In this document: positions 39,824-52,559 of the stretch, one piece after another
Layout of the letters: each line of letters opens with the position of its first letter
How positions within the stretch are numbered: position 1 is the first letter of the stretch
Assembly: GCA_963702425.1 (NCBI GenBank)
Contig: CAVPCQ010000019.1
Coordinates: 1-64,000 of the forward strand
Direction of reading: 5' to 3'
DNA from: an uncultured Acidobacteriota bacterium
GTDB lineage: Bacteria > Acidobacteriota > Polarisedimenticolia > J045
DNA length: 64,000 bases
The notes under the pieces: model-generated
Database searches by the model: none
Told to the model about the DNA's origin: nothing
Seen by the model: the letters and a program-made list of their open reading frames with translations, nothing else
Made by a program: the position numbers and the translations under genes

Positions 39824-42572
39824 GTCCCGGCCTCCGGGCCGCGCGGTTCGGGCCGGCGGAAGACCACCTTCTGGTAGAGGAACGCCAGCAGCAGCAGGCT
39901 GGCGCCCAGACCGAGCAGTGAGAAGACGCGGTAGAGGTCCTTCAGCTCCGAGAGATCCCACAGGAACACCTTCAGCACCGCGGCCAGCATGACGACCAGG
40001 GAGGCCCAGCGCAGCGTCAGGCTGCGCGTCGCGAGCCCGGCCACGAGCAGCGTCACGCCGAGCACCACCCAGGCCGCGGAATACGCGTAGAGCTCGCCGC
40101 TGCCGGTCTCCCCGGGAACCAGCCGCGAGCCGTGGAACGCCTGGCGCACCTCGAGCGTCACCAGCGCCCAGGTCGCGAGCAGCGCCACCACCGCCGCGAC
40201 CCGTGCCCCGGCTTCGTCCTCGAGCCGCTCCAGCGCGCGGGCCGCGAGCGCCGCGAGCAGCGCGGCCAGGCCGTAGGCGAAGAGGATCGCGTTGAAGACG
40301 GGCGTGCTGCCGACGTCGAGCGGGTGCAGCAGCGGGTTGGCGACCAGCCCGAGCAGTACGACGGCGCTGCCGACCGCGATCGCCAGCACGCCGCGGGCCT
40401 GGGGCTCGCGCATCGGCCGCGGCGCGTGCCGGCTCCACCCAGCGACCGCCAGCCCGAGCGCGAACCAGAGCGCGACGATCGCGCCGGCCTCGGCGACGTA
40501 GACCAGCGGGTCGTCGCCGAGCAGCAGGGCTCCCGAACTCGCCGGACCAGTGACCCGGGCGCACGGGACTCCAATGGAAGTAGTGCCGCACCTCGAGCGC
40601 GGAGAGCGCCAGCGCCAGCGCGATCGTGCCCGTCTCGAAAGCGGCGCCTTCCCTGTCCCGCCCCTCGCGCCGGTAGAGGCATGCGGCCACCGCGAAGGCG
40701 ACGAGCGGCACGCCGTAGCCGAAGAGGATCCAGTTGAGGACCGGCATCCCGCCGACGTCGTAGCTCAGCAGCACGGGATTGGCGAACAGCCGCACCAGTA
40801 CCAACGCACCCAGCCCCAGCGAGAGCTGCCGCAGCACCGGCAGCGCCAGCCGGCCGGACAGCCAGGCCAGCGCGGCGGCCTCGATCGCCCAGGCGGCGGT
40901 CAGCGAGAACCGCCCGATCTCGAACGGCAGCGCCGCGCCGGCGAAGAAGGTCGCGGCCGCGGCCAGCGCGCCGAGCACGCCCTCGGCGTGCGGTGCCTCC
41001 TTCCGCCGCCGCAGCCACGGCACCGCGAAGGCGACGAACAGCGCGCCGAGCGCGATCGAGAGCACGCCCCACGGGATGTCGCGCCAGGCCGCGACCGTCG
41101 CCGGGTCCTGCGCGGCAGGGATGCGCAGCACCGACCAGAGCGCGAGGAAGTAGGTCACCGCCGAGCCCGCGCCGAGCGCGGCCCAGTGGTCAGGGCGCGC
41201 CGCTCCGCGCATCGCGGCATACGAGCCGCAGACCAGCAGGCCGCCGTACCCGAGCGCCGCCCAGCGCAGGATCGGCGGCGGGTCCGGCAGGCCGTACCAG
41301 CGCCCGATCAGCACGAGGCCCGCCGCCGCGGCGAGGATCGCGAGCGGCATGAACTCCTCGCGCAGCCGCGCCGCGACGAGGCAGCCGGCGGCGAGCAGCC
41401 CGAGGAAGAGCCACTCGGAGGCGCCGTACTCGCCGACCATGACCAGCGCGGTGAGCAGCACGAGGCCGGAAAGCCCGGCGGCGAACACGATCGCGCGACC
41501 GGCCTGCGGGTCGCGTCCGTCGGCGTGCAGCGTCGCGGCCAGGCCGAACAGCGCGACCGACGCCAGCATGAAGAGCCCGATGACGATCTCGTCGCCCGGC
41601 CGGAACCACAGGGCGAGCCACGTCGCGGTCCACAGCGCACCGCCGCCGACCGTCGCCAGCGCGATCCCGCCCCAGCGCTTCGGCCGCGCGGCGGCGACGA
41701 GCCCGGCCTGGAGCAGGAAGAGGTAGAGGAACAGCCCCGCCGCGCTGGGCTCCTTCGCGCCGACCAGTGCGGGCGTGAGGAAGCCGCCGGCGAGCCCGAT
41801 CACCGCGATCAGCACGCCGTAGCGCAGCGAGAGGAGCACCGCCGTCGCCGTCACCAGCGCCATCAGGCCGAAGCCGACCGGCGTCGGGATCAGGTCGTAG
41901 AGCGACGTCCCGGCGTAGAAAGAGGCGTACAGGTCGGCGATCCCCGCGGCCGATAGCCCGGTCGCGATCAGCTCCGAACGCCGGCGCAGGAACTCGCCCC
42001 CGACGAGCAGCGCGACGCCGAACAGGACGCCGAGCACGACGCGCGCGCCCGGTCCGAGCAGGCCGCTGGTCGAAGGTGAACTTGACCAGGTAGGCGCCGG
42101 CGAGGAAGAGCGCGATCGAGCCGAGCCAGGTGAAGAGCCGGGTGCCGAGGCGCTCCTCGAGCCCCTGCCCGGGCGGGGCCGGGACCGCGGGCTGCGGGAA
42201 GGGCGGCTGCGCGGGCACGGCGGGCTGCGGTGGAGCCGGGAGCGGGGGCGGGGGCGGGGGCGGGGGATGAGGAGCCAGGGCAGGCGACTCGACCGGGACC
42301 GGGGGCATCGGCTGGGGAGAAACGGCCGGCTCGGTCCGCGGGGCCGGCGGCGTCGCGGACGGCGTTGCCGCCGGACGCAGCGAGGCCAGTGCGCCCTGCT
42401 CGCGGAGGGTGCGCAGCTCGCCGCGGAGAGCCGCCAGCTGCCCCTGCAGGGCGTGGAGCTCGCGCTCGAGGCGTCCGGTGCGGAGGAACGAGACGAGGCC
42501 GAGGACCAGTCCCGCCAGGGGCACTCCGAGCGCAACCAGCGCGATAAACAGGAAGAAGATCGAGTCGAACAT
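39820..42572 (-). CDS. DUF2339-family polytopic membrane protein, frameshifted (~42066, ~40528)
   Basis: Pro-rich linker, LEERLGTRLFTWLGSIALFL, GGFLTPAL, terminal KVFLWDLSELKDLYRVFSLLGLG; spread over three frames. Confidence 0.82.
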
Positions 42573-42683
42573 GCGTCCCCCGCCTGCCCATTATGCTGCA
42601 GTAAGCTGGGTTCCGGCTTACGTCACCGGGGCGACGTATCAGCCGGATCGGGGTCGCTTCCTGAGGGTCGAGGAGAGCGACCC

Positions 42684-43715
42684 ATGGAGACCTACGGCAG
42701 CCAGCGGATCAAGTGGCCCTACGCGACCCACATCGTCGACCGCGCGGCTTTCACCACCCTGATTCCGGTCGTCGAAGAGGACAACCCGGGGAGCCTCCTG
42801 CTCGGCCGGGTCGTCGCGATCGGACGGCACAAGGACCTCGAATCGGTCGAGGGCCGGAAGATCAGCCTGTTCAAGGACGATCTCTTCGTCGGCACGCTCG
42901 GCCACCGGTACGCGACCGACCAGTACGAGGGGGCCGCGGTCTGTCGCGGGCCGCTGGGGCACATCCTCAGCATCGGCGGGGTCTGCGGCGAGGTGGTGTC
43001 GAAGAACGAACGGATGGTCGACCCGACGGTCGTCGAGTGGCTCGGGCGGCTGGCCGGCGAGGGCGGCGCGCCGTTGCACCTGCGCGACTTCCGGATGACA
43101 GCGGTCCGTCCGCTGCACGCGCCGCGACCCCGAATCGTCCTCTCGCTCGGCGCGTCGATGAACGCCGGCAAGACGACCACCGCGGCGCAGCTCATCCGGA
43201 GCCTGGCATCGAACGGACACAAGGTCAGCGCGGCCAAGATCACCGGCACCGCGTGCCGCAAGGACCCGAGCCTGCTCGAAGACGCCGGCGCGACGCGCGT
43301 ACTCGACTTCACCTGGACCGGCTGGCCCTCGACTGCCGGATGCAGCCGCGACGAGCTGCTCTCCATCTGGCGCGAGATCACCTGGGCGCTGCGCGCCGAC
43401 GAGCCGGAGGTCCTGGTCTACGAGATCGCCGACGGGATCGTCCAGCGCGAGACGCGGATGCTGCTCGAGGACCCCGCGGTGCGCGAGTCGGTCGACGCGG
43501 TGACCTACGCCGCGCCCGACAGCCTCTCCTGCGAGAGCGGTGTGCGGATGCTGCGCGGGCTGGGCTACAAGGTGCTGGCGACAGCCGGGCCGGTCGCCAA
43601 CAGCGCGCTGGGCCGGGCCGAGGTCGAGGCGATGACGCAGATCCCGTGTCTCTCGGGCGAGGCGATCCTTGGCGGCGCGCTCGTACCGGCCCTCGACGCG
43701 GTCAAGGCCGCCTGA
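42684..43715 (+). CDS. DUF1611-like P-loop protein
   Basis: GHRYATDQYEG, GASMNAGKTTT, AAKITGT, EIADGIVQRET; GAGGAG RBS before the ATG at 42684. Confidence 0.72.
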   Translation: METYGSQRIKWPYATHIVDRAAFTTLIPVVEEDNPGSLLLGRVVAIGRHKDLESVEGRKISLFKDDLFVGTLGHRYATDQYEGAAVCRGPLGHILSIGGVCGEVVSKNERMVDPTVVEWLGRLAGEGGAPLHLRDFRMTAVRPLHAPRPRIVLSLGASMNAGKTTTAAQLIRSLASNGHKVSAAKITGTACRKDPSLLEDAGATRVLDFTWTGWPSTAGCSRDELLSIWREITWALRADEPEVLVYEIADGIVQRETRMLLEDPAVRESVDAVTYAAPDSLSCESGVRMLRGLGYKVLATAGPVANSALGRAEVEAMTQIPCLSGEAILGGALVPALDAVKAA

Positions 43716-43727
43716 AACGGCCCGGCG

Positions 43728-45548
43728 ATGGGGACGCCGATCATCGACGAGGGCGCGGAGAGGACGCGCGGTGCGCTGGTCGAGCTGCTCGCGCTGCTGC
43801 CATACGCCCGCCGCCAGAAGGGTTTGTTTGCGGCGGCGCTGGCGTCGAGTGCCGCCCTCGCCGTGATCGACGTCCCCGTCCCGTTCCTGCTGAAGAAGAT
43901 CCTCGACGGAGTCCTCGGCGCGGCCCGCCAGGGGCGGTTCTTCGGCTGGACGCTGGCCGCGCCGGAAGCGCTGCAGATGGTGTTCGTACTGCTCGCGGGC
44001 CTGGCGCTGGCGAAGGCGCTCCTGCTCTACGCGCAACGCACGACGGCCGAAACGCTGGGGCAGCGCATCGTCTACGGACTGCGGATGGACCTCTACCGGC
44101 ACCTGCACTCGCTCTCGCTGCCGTTCTTCCGTGGGGCGCGCACCGGCCGGCTCATGCTGCGGCTCGTGGGCGACATGAACGCCGTGCTGGACATGGTCAC
44201 CGACGGCTTCCTGCGCGCGTTCGTCGACGCCGTGACGATCTTCGCGGTGGTCGCCGCGATGGCGGTCCTCGACGCGCGGCTGGCGCTCGTGGCGCTGTCG
44301 GTGATGCCGGTCTACCTCTTCGCGTTCTGGCGCTTCTCGACCGAGCTGCGCGAGAAGGGGCGGGCGGCCCGGCGCGAGCGGGCCGAGCTCTCGGGCTCGC
44401 TGCAGGAGCGGATCGCCGGAGCAGCCGTCGTCAAGGCCTTCCACCGCGAGGCGGCCGAGGCCGGGCGGCTGGCCGAGCAGAGCGGCCGGCTGCGCGACCG
44501 CCTGATCGAGAAGGCGCGCGCGGCGGCCAAGCTCAACGGGCTGGCACAGTTCGCGGTCGCCCTCGGCGGCGCACTCGTGCTCTGGGTCGGCGGCCGCGCG
44601 GTGCTCGACGGCAACCTGACCAAGGGCGGACTGATGGCCTTCTACGCGCTGGCCGCGCTGATGTTCCCGCCGCTGCGCCGGCTCGCGCGCACCAACGAGA
44701 CCTACCAGGCGGCGCGCGTGTCGCTCGACCGTGTGCTGGCCTTCCTGGAGCGCACCGCGCCGCTCAAGGAGAAGGAAGGGGCCCGCGACCTGGTCGTCAC
44801 GCGCGGCGAGGTGCGCTTCGAAGGGGTCGGCTTCGCCTACCGGCCCGAAGCCCCGGTCCTCTCGGAGATCGACCTCGTCGTGCGGCCCGGTGAGATCGCG
44901 GCCCTGGTCGGACCGAACGGGGCGGGGAAGACGACGCTCGTCGGGCTCGTCGCGCGCTTTCTCGACCCCGCCGCCGGCCGGGTCCTGATCGACGGGCAGG
45001 ACGTGGCCACGGCCACGCTGGCCTCGCTCCGGCGCCAGATCGGGATCGTGCCGCAGGAGCCGTTCCTGTTCTCCGGGACGATCGCCGAGAACATCCGCTA
45101 CGGCCGGCCCGAAGCGACCGAGGCCGAGCTGCTCGCCGCGGCCCGCGTCGCCGGCGCGACCGAGTTCATCGCCGCGCTGCCCGACGGCTTCGACACGGAC
45201 GTCGGGGAACGCGGTCAGCGCCTGTCGGGCGGGCAGGTCCAGCGCCTGGCGCTGGCCCGCGCGCTGCTCACCAACCCGCCGATCCTCGTGCTGGACGAAG
45301 CGACCTCGGCGATCGACGCCGAGTCGGAGGTCTCGATCTCGGCCTCGCTGGCCCACGCGATGGCCGGACGGACCGTCTTCGTCATCGCGCATCGCGCCGC
45401 CACGGTGCGCCGGGCCGACCGGATCATCGTGCTCGAGGGGGGCCGGGTCGTGGAGGACGGCACCCACGAGGCCCTGCTCGCGCGGCGCGGCGCTTACGCC
45501 CGTCTGTTCGACGAGCAGCTTCTTCCCGCCGGAGCGCCCACCCCATGA
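43728..45548 (+). CDS. ABC exporter, fused permease/ATPase (MsbA-like)
   Basis: About 6 TMs, GPNGAGKTT, LSGGQ, LDEATSAID. Confidence 0.92.
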   Translation: MGTPIIDEGAERTRGALVELLALLPYARRQKGLFAAALASSAALAVIDVPVPFLLKKILDGVLGAARQGRFFGWTLAAPEALQMVFVLLAGLALAKALLLYAQRTTAETLGQRIVYGLRMDLYRHLHSLSLPFFRGARTGRLMLRLVGDMNAVLDMVTDGFLRAFVDAVTIFAVVAAMAVLDARLALVALSVMPVYLFAFWRFSTELREKGRAARRERAELSGSLQERIAGAAVVKAFHREAAEAGRLAEQSGRLRDRLIEKARAAAKLNGLAQFAVALGGALVLWVGGRAVLDGNLTKGGLMAFYALAALMFPPLRRLARTNETYQAARVSLDRVLAFLERTAPLKEKEGARDLVVTRGEVRFEGVGFAYRPEAPVLSEIDLVVRPGEIAALVGPNGAGKTTLVGLVARFLDPAAGRVLIDGQDVATATLASLRRQIGIVPQEPFLFSGTIAENIRYGRPEATEAELLAAARVAGATEFIAALPDGFDTDVGERGQRLSGGQVQRLALARALLTNPPILVLDEATSAIDAESEVSISASLAHAMAGRTVFVIAHRAATVRRADRIIVLEGGRVVEDGTHEALLARRGAYARLFDEQLLPAGAPTP

Positions 45549-47981
45549 CCCGATACCGCCCGCTCGCCCGAGCCCTGCCCGCGCTCCTCGTCCTCGCCGC
45601 CGTCGCCTCGTCGGGAGCAGCGCTGGCCTTCACCGTGACGGGGACCGTCAGGAACGAGGCCGGCCAGGCGATGGCCAATGTCGACCTCGATTTCATCGAC
45701 GTCTGCAGCGGCGAGAGCGTCTTCCTCGTCAACGACAAGACCGCCGCCGACGGCAGCTTCAGCGTCACCGTCAACGGTGCGACCTACGACGTCCGCTACA
45801 CGCCTCCCACCGGCTCCGCGTCGGCCGGCAAGGAGCGGCAGGACGTCGTGGTCAGCGCCAATACGAGCCTGGGACTGACCACGCTCCCCAACGGGAAGCT
45901 GGTCTCGGGCACCGTGAAGAACGGCTCCGGGGCGGGGATCTCCGGCGTCGACCTCAAGTGGGTGAACGCTTCGACCGGCGTGCGCGTCTACGTCGGCAAG
46001 GACGTGACGAGCGCCAGCGGCGCCTACTCGATGCGCGTCCCGCCCGGCACGTGGGACGTCGAGTACCGCCCGCCGGCGACCACCACCTACGCCACCGGGC
46101 GGCGCAAGGGACTGGTCGTCCAGGCCGACGTCTCGGGCCTGGCCGATACCCTGGCGACCGGCTTCCAGCTCACGGGCCTGGTGAAGGACAAGCAGAACAC
46201 GGCACTCCGGAACGTCGACCTGAATGTCTACGACAGCTGCACCGGCGAGAAGGTCCCCACGGCCAACGACAACACCGACGCTGCGGGGAGGTTCACGACC
46301 TACGTCCCGGCGGGGACCTACTCGATCCAGCACAACCCCCCGCGCTGCAAGGGGGTCGTTCCCGACCGCAAGTCGGGGGTGCGCGTCGACCGCAATACCG
46401 ACCTCGGCTCGACGACGCTGCTGGCGGGGGTGACCGTCGCAGGCCGCGTGCTGGACAATGCGCTCCAGCCGGTCGCGGGCGCGGAGCTCAAGTTCTTCGA
46501 TGCCAACAACGGCCAGCGGCAGCCGACCAACTTCGACACCACCGACGCCTCCGGCAGCTATTCCGTCTACGTTCCGACGGGGAGCTACAACATCAACGTC
46601 GAGCCGCCGGTCGGCCGGACGCTGCTCGTCTCGCGGCTCTCCGGCGTGGCGGTCGCCGCGGCCACGACGCTGGGCGACACGGCGCTCGCGGCGGGACTGT
46701 CGCTGTCGGGCACGGCGGTCGGCCCCGACAACAAGGGCGTCCTCTCCGTCGACGTCGACGTCGTCAACTCGGTGACCCGCGACGCGGTCCGGATCGCCCA
46801 TGACAACACGCGCAGCGACGGCACGTTCACGGTGATCGTCCCGGCGGGCAGCGCCTACGACGTCCTGTACACGCCGCCGTCGTGTTCGCCGCTCGCGCCC
46901 GACGACCAGCGGCAGGTTCCCGTCTCCGGAGCGACGACCCTGCCGACCCTCCACCTCGTCACCGGCGCCACCGCGAGCGGCGTGGTGCGCGATCCCTTGA
47001 GCGCGCCGGTGGCGGGTGTCGATCTCGACTTCTTCATTCCCGGCACGCGCAACAAGTTCTTCACGCCGCGCGACACGACCGACGCCGGCGGCTCGTACGC
47101 CACGATGGTCAAGCCGGGGAGCTACGACATCGACTACATCCCGCCGGCCGGCCTGGCGCTGCGACCGGCCCGGCGGACCGGCGTGTCGCTGTTCGCCGAC
47201 ACGACGCTGCCGGACACGACACTCCCGCGCGGCTACCTCGTCTCGGGTGCCGTGAAGAACAACCAGACCGCACTACCTGTCGCGTCGGTCGAAGTCGAGT
47301 TCTTCGCCCCGGGTGCGACCTCACCGCTCTTCACGCCGCACAACAACACGGCCGTGGACGGCCTTTACAACGTGTCGGTCGACGCCGGAACATGGGACCT
47401 GCGTTACACGCCGCCCGCCGGCAGCGGTCTCGCCCCGCGCTGGCGCCGCGGCGTCACGGTGAGCGCCGCCACGGCGCTCCCCGACACCCTGCTGCTGGCG
47501 CTGACCGTGCCGTCCGTCGGCTCGATCAGCCCCGCAGCCGGCAGTGCGGCCGGCGGCCTGGCCGTCACCGTCAGCGGCAGCAACTTCCAGCCCGACGCGA
47601 CGCTGCGGATCGGCGGCATCACCGCCACGAACGTCGTCGTGCTCAAGCGCCGCGACGATCACTGCTGTGACGCGGCCTCACCCGGCGGGGCGCGTCGACG
47701 TGCAGGTCGTCAACCCCGGCGAGCAGGTCGGCACGCTGGCCTCGTCCTTCACCTTCAATGAGCCGGCGACGCCGGCCCGCCTGACCGTGAGGCGCGTCGG
47801 CAGCGACGTCGTGCTGACCTGGACCGCGAACGGACAGGCCAGCTACACCGTCTTCCGCAACCCCACCCCCCAGGGGTTCACCGACACGTCGATCGCCGCG
47901 ACTCTTCCCGGCACGACGTGGACCGACACCGGGGCCGGCAGCGCCGCGTCCGGCACCGTGCGCTTCTACGCGGTCGAGTAG
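45545..47981 (+). CDS. Secreted protein with tandem carboxypeptidase-regulatory-like repeats, IPT/TIG domain and short FN3-like tail; +1 insertion at ~47645
   Basis: Signal peptide; 7 repeats of about 90 aa (GxV...VDLDF...D.T...G.Y...V..G.YD..Y.PP); SISPAAGSAAGG..VTVSGSNF. Continues in the frame of ORF 47544..47981. Confidence 0.8.
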
Positions 47982-47989
47982 GAGCGCAC

Positions 47990-49083
47990 GTGCACGTGCG
48001 CGCCGCTGTCGGCTGCTGTGTCGCGTTCGCGCTCGGCGCGGGCCTCCCCCCCTGGCCCGCGCCGAGCGCGACGGTGGTTTGATGCTGACCGCGGCTGTCG
48101 CGTTGCAGTACGACGACAACATCCTGTCCGGGAACGCGCAGACCGTGGGCCGGCTCGAGAAGAGCGTGACCGAGGCGCGCTACGGCCTGGTCAGCGCCGA
48201 CGACTGGGTCGCGATCGGGAACGTGGCGCTGCTCTGGGCCACCCGGATCCTGCCCCGCCGCGAGACGGTGTTCTCCGCCGGCGTCGAGACGCACCGCTAC
48301 GACCAGAACACGGTCAAGGACTACGAGGAGGTCGACTTCAGCGTCACGCAGGAGGTCACCGCATCGCGGCGGTACCTGGGCCGGGTCATCGTGGGTGGGC
48401 AGTGGATCCCCGGTTTCTTCGTGCGCAACCTGACCGACGACGACGCTTCGGTCGAGGCCGGCCGGCGGGTCCGGGGCGGGGCGACGTACGGCCAGCAGGA
48501 GCTCGCGGTCGCCTACGAACAGGAGCTGGTCCCGGGGCGCCTGTTCGCCTCGGCCGGCCGGGAGTGGCGCGAGCGCGACTACAACGCGGCCTTCGACGAG
48601 CGCGACGCGACGCGGCGGCTCTGGGCGCTGTCGCTGCGCGGCCGGCCGCTCGCGCGCGGCCGCGTGCAGCTCGAGGGCGGCTACGCCTGGGGCGGGGTCG
48701 CGGCGCGCGGCGACCTGGCGTCGTCGCCGTTTCCCGACGATGACATCTCCTACGACGTCGCGATCGCCGGGCTCTCCGCGCGGGCGCCGTGGGGCAAGCG
48801 TCACCCCGGAGCTGTCACGCTCGCATGGGAAGGGGAGCGGCGGGTCCTGGCCACGACCAACCGCTTCGACGTCCTTCGCCACGGACGGGTCGACCGCCGC
48901 ACGGAGTGGAACCTGCGCCTCTCGCAGCGCGTCGCGGCGGATCTGGACCTGGTGGCGGAGTGGCGCTTCGACGGGGTGCGCGCGGAGTTCCCGACCGCCT
49001 TCGCGGCGCTGGCGGCGAGCGTCGACTACGAGCGCCAGCGCATTTCGCTGGGGCTGCGCTACCGGGTTCCGCTCGGGTCCTAG
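47990..49083 (+). CDS. Putative outer-membrane beta-barrel protein; +1 insertion in the C7 run at 48046-48052
   Basis: Removing one C restores the signal peptide VHVRAAVGCCVAFALGAGLPLARA fused to ORF 48079..49083. QYDDNI motif, amphipathic strands, terminal ISLGLRYR. Confidence 0.62.
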
Positions 49084-49084
49084 C

Positions 49085-50704
49085 CTAGACCAGCGCTTCG
49101 ACCGCCCGCGCCGGCCGCGCGGCCAGCACGGACGCGACCTCGCCCAGCACCTCGCCGGCAGATCCGACGAGCGGCACGCAGGAGAGCTTGAGGTCGACCC
49201 GCGTCCCCAGCCGCGTCACGCGGCCGGAGACCTCGATCTCGCGCGTGGCGCCCGACTCGATCCGCGAGCGCAGCTCCCGGCGATAGGCGTCGCGCTGATC
49301 GTCCGGGACGGTCGGGTTGAAGGTCCCGATCGTGTCCTCCACGGTCCAGCCGAAGAGCCGCTCGGCGGCGGCATTCCACGCGGTGACCGTGCCCGTGGCG
49401 TCGCAGACGATCACCGGGATCGGCACGCTGCGGACCAGCGCCTGGTAGGCCGCGGTCAGCTCCGACAGGCGGGCCGTGACGTTCTCCAGCCGCTCCTCGG
49501 CGAACTCGCGGTCCTGGGCGGCGAGCGTCGCGCGGCGCGACTCCTCCGCGCAGCGCCGCTCCGCCTCGTCCGTCCGTTGCGCCGACTGCTCGGTCGCCTG
49601 CTCGATCTCGGCCAGCTGCGCGCGGAGCCGCTCGGCCTCCTGCCGCGCCTCGTGCTGGCGCAGCTGGACGGCGTGGAGCTCTTCCTCGGTCCGGCGCAGC
49701 TGCTCCTCGGCCTCGCCCAGCCGGATCTCCATCCCGCCCGTGCGCGCTGCCGCCTCGGTCGCTTCGGCCCGGGCCTCGGCCACCCGCGTTTCGGCGTCGC
49801 GGATCCGCTCCTCGGCGCGCTGCGCCGGGCGCAGGTCCTCGACCGCCACGAAGACGCGGGCCAGCGAGCCGTTGTAGCCGGCCGGCGTCGTCACGCGCAG
49901 CCGGACGGGGCGCGGCTCGCCCAGGGTCGTCCGCTGCACGCACTCCAGCTCGAACGCGCCGTCCCCGGCTGCGAGGTGCGCGACCGCGTCGACGAAGTTC
50001 GCCGCGTCGCCGAACCCCGCGTACGGATCCATCGTCCGCGTCAGCTCGTCCGCCGACGCGGCGCCGTAGAAGGCCTGCGCGGCGTCGTTGACGGCGACCG
50101 GCTGGATCTCCTCGGCGCACAGCGCGACCGCCTCGGGGTGCTCGTCGAACCAGCCGCGCAGGTCGGTTACCCCCTCGCGACGGCGCGCCTCCACGAAGCG
50201 CGCGACGCCGGAAAGATCGGACTCCCACAGCGGCGTCGACGCGTGCGACAGCAGCGAGCGGTAGCGCTGGCGCGCGTCGCGGAGCGTGGTCTCGAGCAGC
50301 CGACGCGAGCCGGCGCCGGCTGCCGCCCGCGCCGTGCCGCGCACGATCCGCTCCATGGCGCGCGGGTCCAGCTCGTCGATGGTCAGGTGCTCCACCTGGG
50401 GGTCGTCCTGCATCCACGACTCGATCAGCGGCTCCTCGTCGCCGCCCGCGATGACCAGCGGGACGCCCGGCGCCGCGGCGCGCAGCCGTGCGAGCGCCGT
50501 CGTCGGCTCGCCGTCGAGCAGCGCGTGCTCGACGATCACGAGCCCGTACGAGTCCCCCGAGGCTCGCTCGATCGCGGTCTCGAGCCCTTCCACCTGGGTC
50601 AGTGGCAGGTCATGCGCGGGGAGTCGTTCGATCGCCTGCTGGACGAGCCAGACGAGACTGGGATCGACGGCGGCGAGCAGCACGGGCAGGCGCGGGTTGG
50701 ACAC
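49085..50704 (-). CDS. Pseudo-receiver - PAS - coiled coil - PAS protein with no output domain
   Basis: GGAGGT RBS and GTG at 50704; GLVIVEH at the phospho-Asp position; PLWESDLS/VNDAA PAS; long EAEE/QLRR coil; WNAAAERLFGW PAS. Confidence 0.7.
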   Translation of the reverse strand: MSNPRLPVLLAAVDPSLVWLVQQAIERLPAHDLPLTQVEGLETAIERASGDSYGLVIVEHALLDGEPTTALARLRAAAPGVPLVIAGGDEEPLIESWMQDDPQVEHLTIDELDPRAMERIVRGTARAAAGAGSRRLLETTLRDARQRYRSLLSHASTPLWESDLSGVARFVEARRREGVTDLRGWFDEHPEAVALCAEEIQPVAVNDAAQAFYGAASADELTRTMDPYAGFGDAANFVDAVAHLAAGDGAFELECVQRTTLGEPRPVRLRVTTPAGYNGSLARVFVAVEDLRPAQRAEERIRDAETRVAEARAEATEAAARTGGMEIRLGEAEEQLRRTEEELHAVQLRQHEARQEAERLRAQLAEIEQATEQSAQRTDEAERRCAEESRRATLAAQDREFAEERLENVTARLSELTAAYQALVRSVPIPVIVCDATGTVTAWNAAAERLFGWTVEDTIGTFNPTVPDDQRDAYRRELRSRIESGATREIEVSGRVTRLGTRVDLKLSCVPLVGSAGEVLGEVASVLAARPARAVEALV

Positions 50705-50917
50705 GGGTACCTCCAGCGTCCGGCGCCGCGTTGCGCGGAGCCGGCCCATGGGGAAGTTGGTGCCCGGGACCGCCTCGCGCCATCGCCCGGAACCGGCCGG
50801 ACGCCGCCCGGTCCGGTCCGGCCGGACCGCGGGCCGAAGTAACTCTCTCTGTGGCCGTGTAATCCGCTCCGGCCCCGCGGTTGACCCGCCCCGCGGGAGG
50901 CGCGATCCTCGCGCTCC

Positions 50918-52537
<1,620 letters not shown>

Positions 52538-52559
52538 GACGACAGGGATAGGGGAGACG

